A DNA stretch of 63,995 bases, the filler included, from Diploschistes diacapsis (taxonomy: Eukaryota), in the NCBI GenBank assembly GCA_023645945.1. It is 5 parts of 5 records of this genome, joined end to end, with 100 filler letters (N's around TTAATTAATTAA, not from the genome) between each part and the next. Parts side by side here need not be neighbours in the genome. Positions count along the whole stretch, not along the records: positions 39,301 to 52,258 come from JALAIB010000700.1; 4 more parts are not named here. One strand, given 5' to 3'. A program made the position numbers and the translations under genes. Position 1 is the first letter of the stretch. Every line of letters begins with the position of its first letter. Under the pieces are notes generated by a model. It saw only the letters and a program-made list of their open reading frames with translations, was not told the origin of the DNA and ran no database searches. Shown piece by piece: positions 39,365 through 49,689 of this stretch.

Positions 39365-41731
39365 GGACGGACGGAAAATGGACGCGTTGCCTTTTGGCTT
39401 GTCTTGCCTCGCTCCCATCTCTTCCCCCAACTTCTCGGCGAGACCGAGGCCGAGACCGAGATAGCGGTGGGATGCTGTGGGGGAAAAAGGGGACGGGGTG
39501 CGTGGAAGGGAGCTAGGGTTTTTTTGGGATGGTGGGGAGAGGTGGGCAAGGGTTTGGAAAAGGGATGGAGAATGGGGCGTTGAGCGAATTGAAAGGGGGA
39601 ATTGAAAAAAGAAAGGGGGGGAATCGGATGTAGCAGGGCTGCTTCCATCGCCTGATCGATAAGAAGAGGGGTGGAGGAAATTACCGGTGTTGTGTTATAT
39701 ATCGGATGCGAGTAATAGCGGGTTGATGTTTGGGGGTGTTGATGTTGAGGACTCAAGGGAGTCGATGGGGGAGAGCAGTGCGGTGTTGTCGGGTGCCGAA
39801 GAGCGCGGTGGGTTTGTTCAATGGTGTCTTTGGGGGAAGACGTTGATGATTGGTTACCGTGGCGTTCGCACGGACAGAGACGGATGGAGGCGAGGTCGGT
39901 GCTGTCGTCCAATGCTGGTTGGGCGACCCAGTATGGAAGCCCGTCGACCCGCTCGTGCTTGCGGCCGGCAGTGGTTGAACCCCGGTTGGTACACACCTCC
40001 TGTTGACTGTACCGAGGAGGGCTCGAATGCCATAGCTTGGGAGGTAAGGCTGGGCTTGGGAAGAGGCAGTCTGGGTACTTGAGCCGTCGAAGCGGCGATG
40101 AAGGGCTTGTAGAAGCAGGTAATAAGGAAGCCGTGAGGACGAAGAGACTGCTGCCGAGCACAATACGGACAGCAGCGAAGTCGTGATCTTTCCGTATTCA
40201 CGCCAGGCTGTGGCAATCAGTTGACACAGCGACTGAGCCTTCCAGAGCTGTACACGCGTCGTAGGCGGTAAGGGCCAGAGTAGAGGTATTTGAGTAAGCC
40301 ATATCGCCTGCATAACTGGTTTTGCCACCCTCAAGCCCTGACCACCTCTCTAACTCTTGCTACACCAAGGCCTTGCTCTCGAAATCGTCGTGATGTCCTT
40401 CATCGTAGGGCTCTTTGTTGTATCCTAGAAGAGTCCTTCGCCGACCGCGGTCCCTGCTCCTCCCTGTTTAGATTGGTCGGGAAAACAATGTTGATTGGTT
40501 AGGGTCGTGTCCGAATGTTGTAGTCGTCTGTAGGGATCCCAGCAAATAATGAAACATGTAAACATGCCAAAAAAACCACATTATGAAGATATAGGAAAAG
40601 TTGAAGATTGTGATGGAGCAGCTAAATGACATGACTGGTGGAGGACACGTCGAGTCCGCTGGAAGTAGCCCACAGGATGGACCTGCCCTGATACGATAAA
40701 TTTAAGGAACGTCCCGATAAGCCCTAACGAACTGCTCGAAGCTGCAGAGCCAACGCCGAAGTCACGAGAAGCTAGGAAAGAGCCACCTACGGCAAGTAAT
40801 TTCAGCTGCTGGCCCTTGACAAAGGTATAGAGATTACGACCAGAGTCCGGGAAGATAAAGCGGAAGTGCCGCGCTTCATTCCCATGTCCTCCAGAGATGA
40901 AAGTACACATCTTCGAGATTGGAAGCTGAAGTCCGCTGCTGGGATTTCCTGAAAGGGGACACGGCGGGCTCTTGGCCTCCTCCGCATCCCCAGTACCCGA
41001 GTGGTCCCAAGCAGTTGCCACATTCAAGGGAGGATGATCAACTCATTCAACAGTAGGGCATCATTTAAACCTCCAGGTTGGAAGCCCTCCTACGTTGAAT
41101 AATTGCTTCAAACTCAAACATAGGTGAGAGAATATAACGCATAGTCATGCCTTGAACTTCTTCTTTCGAGTACAAATTGCTTCGATTCCCACCTGGGACT
41201 TGGGAATTAACAAGTGAGCCAGCTCCGAGAAAGAAGCGACTTTCTTAACTCGTACTTGTCCCGAGGGTGTTTCTAGCCATCCTTTTCCCGCATCGAGAAC
41301 TGGGCTTACTCCTCAATGCAAGTTAACATCCAGCCCCTTGTCTGTTCTTGTAGAAAATTACTTGTTTTCAAGACGGGACGGCATATTGATGTGGAATAAG
41401 CTTTGGAGGATGCAAAAGAGCAAATTAGAGATGTAAGAATCAGATGAGCCTTGAAATTAGGATTGTGCTCCAGAGTATAAAATAAATGTGCAAGACAAAC
41501 CTATAAAGCAGTACAGTACTTCCATCGTCAGACATGTAGCCATACATAGGAAGGTCGGTTTGATAGGACCATTAGATGCCTCAGCCCGTAGAACAAGACG
41601 CTGCTCCAGACGACTGTAGGGTGTTTCCGGAGTTGGTTTAGTCGCCTGGAATCGTGTCGTGTGGGAAGTAGCTCGATCATAGAGCAAAGCAACGCACGGA
41701 CAGACCTGATCTCTGTTGGTGTCTCATGTTA

Positions 41732-42137
41732 GGGGCTCCGCAACAAAAGGTCGTAGATTTGGAGCGTAGATTTCAATTAACGTGATTCACCACGAAACGG
41801 AACACCCCACGAAGCGGAACACACCACGAACCGGAACACTACATATAATGTAATCAAAAAAAGGCAGAAGAACGGGGTAGTGTAGTTGAGAACAGATTTA
41901 GCTTCGTACAAATATGGAAGCGCTCGATCTAGCGCAATTACATTATAATGTAGTGTTCCGCTTCGTGGGGTGTTCCGTTTCGTGGGGAAAGACGTTACGT
42001 AGGGTTTGCTGCTGACTGCTGACAAAGCAGGTGTAGATGTCGGTGAAGTCCGAATGTTGTCGGAATAGGTAATATACAATAAAATCTATGTATTATCGGG
42101 ATCTACGCGTAGATCTTTGACGTCTGTTGCAGAGCCC
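41732..42137. mobile_element. Older MITE (PIF/Harbinger-like) hosting the Fot1-like MITE
   Basis: Imperfect TIRs GGGGCTCCGCAACAAAAGGTCGTAGAT and ATCTTTGACGTCTGTTGCAGAGCCC, with TTA at 41729-31 and 42138-40. Confidence 0.55.
41780..41995 (-). mobile_element. 216-bp Fot1/pogo-like MITE, copy 2 (inverted relative to copy 1)
   Basis: ACGT-starting TIRs, TA on both sides (41778-9, 41996-7), and about 125 bp nearly identical to the reverse complement of 25603-25725. Confidence 0.9.
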
Positions 42138-42930
42138 TTATTTTGCATAATTTCCCACACATGGTCCACGATACCTCAATTAGTAATGCAGGTTGAGGGC
42201 TAACTTAAGACGGGCGCATGCAGAGAACCGCGCAAACAAAACAAAAAACGAATGTTTAAAAGCAGCAACAAAACTCTGCGCTGCAGGGGGGGAAATTATC
42301 CGATCTGACACACAGGCTCATAGCGCATGTAATGTAATGTTTGTTAATGTGAGCAGAGCGCAGGACCTTGAAACAACGTACAGCAAAATCACCAGATTAT
42401 ATAGTATTCTGCTTGTCATCCTGTTTCGCTTATATAGCGAAAGCAACATGGTGTAAAAGTGCCAAGATCGATGCCAAGATATCCCCTTCCTTCCCTCCAC
42501 CCCACAAATGACCTCCGACTCGGAAGTAAAAGCTCCCACTACTATATCTCTGTCCCCGCTATATGCCTTTGCCTTTGCCTTTGCGTGGCTGAGGCTGAGG
42601 CTGAGTTTTTCTCGCGCATAGAAGAAGCTTCATCAATTTTTGATTTTCTATTCACATGCTATATATTTACAGCTGATTAGATAGTCTGTACAACTTGGAT
42701 GGAGCCAAGGCAACCATTCCTTCCGTATGACCCAACCTTTATGCACAAGAACCGACTCTTCCTCCCTTCACCAGTCCTATCGTAATCTCGTAAAGCTAGC
42801 ATGTATTGCCATGCTGGTTATGCCGTGGTCGGTGAGGCGGTCGCTAAATCGCAATAATATAAATCGAAAACTGGGGTATCTTCAGGAAATTCGGACCAAA
42901 TCAAGAGCGCGACGGGTTTTGCCTTTTGGG

Positions 42931-44859
42931 CTACCGCATGAACTTTCGGGCTCTTCTGGCGACTGGCTGGTGAAGGGCCGGTGTGTCGGCAACGGACAGG
43001 TCTGATGACTCCGCTCGAGCAACTCTCGCAGAGGTATCGTAGTTTAGCACACCGACCGGAATGGGGCAATCCGCCGTTGGGGCCGTGGTGTAGTTTGTCC
43101 CAGATGGGCAAGATATATCGTTGCACTCGGTCCCAAATTGTGGGCTCGGCGTCCATGTCTTGACCGTGGGCGTCTGTCCAAGCATATTGCCAGCATTATC
43201 GTATGCAACTGCGTAAGCGTAGAGGCTGAAAGGGGTTATCGCTACGGTCTCAAACGTTCCGTTGTACGCTTGCGACGCAGCCTTCACAAACACGCCCTCT
43301 TCGGATGATCCTAAGAAATAATCCCAAGAAGCGACGTCGGTTGCTCCATTCCAAGAGGCGTAGTGAGCTGCACTGCCATAGCAGCCACGCGAGTAGGAGA
43401 ATAGGGCCATTTCGGACTTGTTAGGAGTCGACTGCCATTCCCACTTGTATGCACGATAGGATTGGATGGGAAAGTCGCCGAACCGAGCATACCAAACCGG
43501 CCGGCCATCGTCGGTCACCTCGTACATGTATGGATGGCTTCCCATCCCAAGAAAATGGTTTCCGTTGGACAAAACCTGGTGACTTCCTTGGCTGCTATCA
43601 AGCTGCTTGCCAGGAGAGACGTACTGCCCGACGAGGGTAGCAGAATCGTCGCTGTTGATTCGGATCGACATTCCTGAAGATGCATTGGCGGTAGGAGCTT
43701 CGATGTCGTTGTTGCCGTTGTCCCAGATGGTAACACCACCAACGTCTTTGTTCCATCGAACATGATGTTGAAACGAGAAATTGCTATGATGTTTGTTAGA
43801 GCAGCATATGGGTATCATAGCAATGAAACTTACAGGCTTGGCGAGCCGGCTACTTGGGAATCCAATGTTTTAAAGGTGTTGCGCTTGCCTCCCATACGCC
43901 AGATGATTTCCCCTGGTGGCTTGCCAGAAGGACTGCTCAATCCAGCGATCTTGTAGAGCGTCGACACATGACGACCGGAGACGATATAATCCCCATCTTC
44001 GTCTTTGTCCACGGAGTTGATGTGGAAGAAGTCGAACCCATCTCTCCCAGTCCTGCCAGTGCCAATGAGATGCTCCCCAGGACAAACGTACGTGTCTTTA
44101 GGGTCGATATAATCGCTAGCAGACCATTGAAAAAGCTCCGTGTTCGTGCCATCTGTGGTGACTTCGGAGAACAGTCCAGTCTTGGTGAAGATGGTAGTGT
44201 TGTCGTTGCAGTGAGGGTAAGTGACGTCCTCCGGAAACGTGATGTAGCTAGTCATGAGCGCCGTTTCCCCTCCCTTAACCAAGTTGAATTCATGCAGATC
44301 CTGGGTCAAAGAAAGATTCCTCCACTTGCCCGAAGGCTTTACCTCTCGCACCTGGTTGTAACTCCGGTCGTAGATTTTGGTGCTGGAGCCTTCGTGACTT
44401 GCTCCTCCACCGCGTGCGCCTGCAAATTGCGTGTAGGCAACATGCTTGTCCCCTTCAAAATCCAAGACTTGAGGATTGAAGGCTCCGTACCCCTCTGGCA
44501 AAACGCCATGACCGCTCCAGACTATTTGCTGTATGCCATGAGCAAAGATGTCGCGTACACAGCCGGTCAAAACCTACCCCTTCGCTGTTGTATGCATACG
44601 GGCCATACTTGAAATTCGTCTTCCCAGGGCTGTTCGGCGTGAAGAAAACGTAGCCGGGAGCAGCTGCTTCGGGCTCATTTATATCTACGTAGAGCTTCGG
44701 TGCTACAATGTCCGGTCTCTGTGATATAAAAGTTAGCGATTGAGCAATGTTGAAGATGCGGATACATACGGAGAGAAACTCATAGGTCGAGACTTCTTGT
44801 GCTGAAGCAAGTGTGACTGCGGTGAGCAGCATAGCCACAATATGCTTGAGAGAGGCCAT
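42931..44859 (-). CDS. Secreted arylsulfate sulfotransferase (ASST/Arylsulfotran_2 family), three introns
   Basis: Signal peptide MASLKHIVAMLLTAVTLASA. Motifs DLHEF, FQWSA, DFFHINSVDKD, YIVSGRH, IIWRMGGK, FSFQHHVR, SQGS, YRAYK and YASWNGAT. Confidence 0.9.
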
Positions 44860-45670
44860 GCTTGTCTATTGTCAAAAGCTGGTTCTGCGACGAAGCGTGC
44901 AGAGCAGAAGGTTGAATGAATGAGGGGCACGTCGCTCACGACGTGCTAGATGCCTTCAGAAAAGTTGGAAATGAATGTCTGAAGAAAGAAAGACCAAACC
45001 AGGACGGCGTCATAGCCATATAGGGACGCCACCCTAGAGAAACGAAAGGTAGGAGATTCCAGCCAAGAGTCACTTATGTGGGGAAAAAGGAAGCCAAGAC
45101 GGAGAAGAAACGATGTGTTTAGTAGAGAACCAGTCAGGTCAGTCCTGTAGCTACAAGCGGCCAGCTGCTCCATAGATAGTAGCAATCAGCAAGATAAAAG
45201 CGGCGATCCAGCACAAGAAGGGTTAGGGGGGTCGGTAAGCAAAGACGAAGTGATCCCCTGAGGTAGGCCCATTTTGTCACCCAAGCGAGATCTTATCTCG
45301 CCAACAGCTGCATCGGTAGGCGAGCAGAGTAGTGCGTGGGCAGAATGGGCAGATAGGGGGTCAAAGGACATGAAGTTACAACGCTCATCTCATCGTTTAT
45401 GGGCAGACGAGCCTGTATTTCCTTGTTGTGTACAGAGTATGCGATTGGCTCTGAGTTGGAAATGAGCCAAGCCAGGGCTGAGCAGCGGGGTGAAGTTTCA
45501 TTATTATTATTAGGAGTGTCAGTCAGAGAGTGCCCCATAAGTAGTCCGGCTCCGGTGCGCAGGTACAACAGTGCTAGTAGGGGTAAAAAGCCTAGGTCGC
45601 GGATCAAGAAATGGTGTGGTGTGCTCGCTGATTCCCGCCCATGTGTCAAGACCCGACGCAGGTACCGGCT

Positions 45671-45720
45671 GTTAGCTGTTAGCGTTAGCGTTAGCTTGGC
45701 GTTAGCGTTACGATTAGCAT
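45671..45720. repeat. (GTTAGC)n tandem motif in the ASST-GT43 divergent intergenic region
   Basis: gttagc t gttagc gttagc gttagc ttggc gttagc gttac gattagc. Confidence 0.7.
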
Positions 45721-45911
45721 GTACTTTCTACTGTAGCGGTATGTATTTCTTTCATTACGCGTTTCAGTATGAAATCTATCATTCCTAATCCAGAGGCCCA
45801 GCACCGGAAACCTACCCACACCTCATAATTATCATATCTTCAACGCTCGCTCATTTCGTTTGTCTCTAGTCGATTTCTTTCCTGTACATACATTCTTCCC
45901 CAACAACAAGC

Positions 45912-47630
45912 ATGGAGGAGATTCTTCAGAAACGTCTGAAAGAACACGAGGCTCTTGTAAGAGTCAAGGCCACTCGTTACGATAGCTCTCCAGACATCTC
46001 GACGCCACGGAGTGTCAGTGAATGGTCTAGGCGAGCTTCATTGGACATGAAGCGCAACAGATACAACATGGACGATGGCGACGATTACTCTTTCTCGGAA
46101 TACTCAATGTATTCGGACTCGCCTTTGAAGGAGAAGATACAGGCACAGTGGGCAAACTCCCAGAAGAAGAAGAGTCGGCTAAGACCTTACATCCTTCTCG
46201 GCCTTCTAGCAGTGGGCACTGCCATTGTTTCCATCTACCTTCTCGTCGTCTCGATCCAGTCACGTCAATCAATACCGCAGTCGACTACACAGCTCATGAC
46301 CTCGAGCAATGGCCGCAAATCATACTTCTCCGAGCTGTATGCGTCAGGAGACGTACATCCCGGGCTATTCCCGCCAGAATCTACCGGGGGTCTTACAATG
46401 GATCGTTGCTCTATCTGCAATTGCAACGCGATCCCTAACAACTACGATCCCTCACCCGATTTACAATTCTCTCCCCGTGCTCGAAAGGAGGACATTTACC
46501 TAGAAGATGGTACTGTTGACATGAACGAATTTATGCGTCAAGCACTATTAGACATTTACTGTTCGCGGCAACACTTGGACAACCCGCAAGCATTCAAGCT
46601 TGCCCGCCGTACTGCCAAGAGCCTCCAAGAAATGATGTCGTGGTCCCTGGGGTCTCTGGAACTTGGGAAGCCGACTGTCTATTTAACAACAGCGACCTCC
46701 CCAAACGGGAAGGCCGAAGCGTTCCGACCTCAGTACATCCGCCGCCATGGCCGCCAAATTCGTCGGTGGTTGAAGCAGCAAGAGGAAAAGGCAAAAGCCG
46801 ATCATCCAGACTGGCAAGTCGTATGGATCATCGCGGAAGACGAAGTAGAGATCGATCCCCAACTGGTCACGACGTTAAGGAGAACCGGTGTCCCTTTTGT
46901 CTACTTCGCTTATGGACTTACTAAGACTTGGGGCAACGCGCAGAAGAACGCTGTGATGCAGGTTGCCTACGCGATGAGTCGGCCTCGGGAGCATGGTGGT
47001 ATCCTTGGTCATGGTCCTGTCTATGGTCTTGATGACGATAATAGGATGCTGCCGGAGCTGCTTGACATGCTGACTCGACTAGAACGTGTGGGAGTCCTTC
47101 CTGTTGGTAATCTAGGCGCCTATGGATTTGAATCGCCCATCGTGGACGACAGTGGCTATGTGATAGGGTCTGGATCTATATGGCAGCCAGCGACCCGCAT
47201 TTTCCCCTTCGATTTCGGCGGGTTTGCATTCAATACATCCCTACTAGGCACGGAAATTTCAGGGCCAGCATTCTGGAAGCACACCGAGTTCGCTGGCGAA
47301 TCCGAGTTCCTATCCCAGTTTGTCGCGCAATTCGGGGACTTGGAACCTTTGTGTGGCCGCAAGGTTGAGCAGAATTGCCACGCTGTGTGGCACAACGAAC
47401 CGCTGTTGGAGATGGAAAAGATGAGCGACGAGGAGGAAGTTCGGTTCATCAAAGAGCACGGCATCGAGAAGTACCAACAGACCCTCGAATCGCAGGCTCG
47501 GGAGTTTGACAGCGAGAGGGTATCGAAGTACGTACGGCCGGATGGTAAGAAACCCAGCGAGGCTTTTGAAGCCATTCCGGAAGTGACTGAGGATGGGGTG
47601 GAGATAGTATGGGTTGAGGTGCAGGCGTAA
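45912..47630 (+). CDS. Type II membrane glycosyltransferase family 43 (GlcAT-I/IRX9/IRX14-like), intronless
   Basis: Single TM (YILLGLLAVGTAIVSIYLLVV), then GT43 motifs in canonical order: VYLTTAT, WIIAED, QKNA, VYGLDDDN, FPFDFGGFAFN, ESEFL, LEPL, C..VWH. Confidence 0.85.
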   Translation: MEEILQKRLKEHEALVRVKATRYDSSPDISTPRSVSEWSRRASLDMKRNRYNMDDGDDYSFSEYSMYSDSPLKEKIQAQWANSQKKKSRLRPYILLGLLAVGTAIVSIYLLVVSIQSRQSIPQSTTQLMTSSNGRKSYFSELYASGDVHPGLFPPESTGGLTMDRCSICNCNAIPNNYDPSPDLQFSPRARKEDIYLEDGTVDMNEFMRQALLDIYCSRQHLDNPQAFKLARRTAKSLQEMMSWSLGSLELGKPTVYLTTATSPNGKAEAFRPQYIRRHGRQIRRWLKQQEEKAKADHPDWQVVWIIAEDEVEIDPQLVTTLRRTGVPFVYFAYGLTKTWGNAQKNAVMQVAYAMSRPREHGGILGHGPVYGLDDDNRMLPELLDMLTRLERVGVLPVGNLGAYGFESPIVDDSGYVIGSGSIWQPATRIFPFDFGGFAFNTSLLGTEISGPAFWKHTEFAGESEFLSQFVAQFGDLEPLCGRKVEQNCHAVWHNEPLLEMEKMSDEEEVRFIKEHGIEKYQQTLESQAREFDSERVSKYVRPDGKKPSEAFEAIPEVTEDGVEIVWVEVQA

Positions 47631-49689
47631 TGGCCTGGCTTATGACCTTTACGTGACCATGGCCTGTACATATCTGCAATTTTCTACCCGTCTATATTTG
47701 TCAATACGTTGCATAGCAGCCGTCGAGATATACCGGCTTCGGCGTTTCCCAAAGGGACTTGATGTTAATCGATATATATTCTAATATCTCTAAAAGATAA
47801 TGCTGTGCAAACAACCTCAACCCCATCCTCAAAGGTTATTTAACCGCGTATATTTTTATGTCAATCGCTGTAGGAGAACTTCTCCAGCCATAGCGAGAGG
47901 ACAAATCTCTGCATGTATATTCAAGGCGCACCGTTGTCCTTTATACACAGCTTTGTTTTTCTAGTTCGTGACACGCCATCTTACTTGGTTATGGCGAATT
48001 TGCCCTAGCCTCCACTTTACCACACTTTTCCCGCATCAGGAACATTCAACAATCACGCCATCTGATATCACTACCGCCTTTGGGTTCGAAGATTCAGTCG
48101 AGCATGATGTTTCAAAAGGTAAATGATCCCTCTCATGTGTTCAAACATCACGGCTAAACCTACAAGACTGCTGCTACATTCTGAATGATTTGCTTCTTCT
48201 CCGGGGTGTTCTACAACGGATAAAACAGGGTGTTGTCAGCGATAGAACATCATGGGACCAGGACAATCAGGGCTCAGGGGGGAGAGATCGGGGAGCGAAA
48301 AAGTGGGCACTCCATAACTGATTCTAGAACCTTTTCTTTATCTGGCTTTGTTTTGCTCCGCTGCCGATGAATCTTGTGACTGTCCTATCTGCGGCGTGGC
48401 GTCGTCGAAGTCATCGATGTACTGAATTCGCCAGGGAGCGAATGATAACAGGTTACTGCCAATAGCATCTTTCGACATGGCGAAGAAGCGAGATTACGCC
48501 AAGAACTCGTGTCCCGCAAAAACGAATCCAATCACTTATAGGGCCTCGGAAACCTACAACTATCATTGTCACTAAAGCAGACACTCGGAGCACTACTACG
48601 CACTACTACTACGCAATTGTAATTACAATCACAAGGCAAGCTCAACACAGGAACTATCTGGAGCTTCAAGGTCCGCTCGGAGCATGACCACCAGACGGGC
48701 CGTCAGTCTGCTTATCGGCGGTGGCCGTTCGTGAAAAGAATCACAAGCAACGAACGGACTTTCCTATGGGATCGACTTCTGGCCTGTTCTACTTTACTTC
48801 TCGACATACGTTCGGGTGGTCTGGAATGAGAATGAATACAAGCCGTATGGGTCTGAAGACAAAGCTTGAAGTCCAAACAACGGGGGATCTGAAAGGGGAC
48901 GAAGCAAACGTACTTTTGAGCTGCTGTAACCCCCAGTCGTCTCAGACGTGTTTGGTATGGTAATCTATACAAGTAGGTTTTATTACACACGGGGCGTACA
49001 CGTACACGAGGATCCGAGATCCCTTTCGGCTCTCTTACTTACTTGGCTGGCGTCTTCCGTTCATCTTGGGTCAGCAGCAGCCCCTTGCAGTAGTACCATC
49101 TTCCACTGCGCGTTTTATCTGCGGTACATTCCCGTTGTCCCAAATCTAAAAGTCCGCCGAGTTTATCAGAATCATACTCCTGGCTGATTCGGGGATCACC
49201 ATGGCTGCCAACCCCTACAATAGGCTACAAATTCATGCAATTGGCTGCTACGCTCGGTAATACAGAACTCTCTCGTAGCAGCGGTCGACACTCTGCTTTG
49301 ACCGGGCCTGGAGAGAGCCCTGCCATTCGACTATGGCCTAATCTGCCCAACCTCCAACTGCTGTGCTTTTCTGCCCGGTCAGTATGATGTATAGTTTGTG
49401 TTTGATTGTCATCCCACCCGCTAGTCACAAGAATCCGACCTGCTAAAAGAGCAAGCCCGCCGAGACAGTCGTGCAGACAGCCGTGCTTGATGGGAACTAC
49501 TACTACCATTTGCTTGTGATATCTTTATCCAGAGCCTCTGCCCAGCCTACTTGGCATTTTTTGGTCACCTCTTCTCTACTTTCTTCATAGCACCACGACG
49601 CAAGCTGGGCTTCTTTTCGTTCTCTTGAACATATTTCCAGCTTCCTTTTACCTCCTGTCATTCATTACTCCTCATTTTCATAGCACATC

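Noticed and set aside
39253..40334. ORFs of 193-302 aa at the start of contig 4
   Set aside because: Low-complexity Pro/His-rich frames running into a microsatellite and linker, with no recognisable product.
25593..41995. Short repeated CCACGAAGCGGAACAC units resembling a CRISPR or iteron array
   Set aside because: No spacers, eukaryotic context, and fully explained as MITE subterminal repeats.
47631..49689. A fourth cluster gene between the GT43 and the epimerase
   Set aside because: Only short ORFs under 100 aa with no motifs. A pseudogene remnant cannot be excluded without BLASTX.
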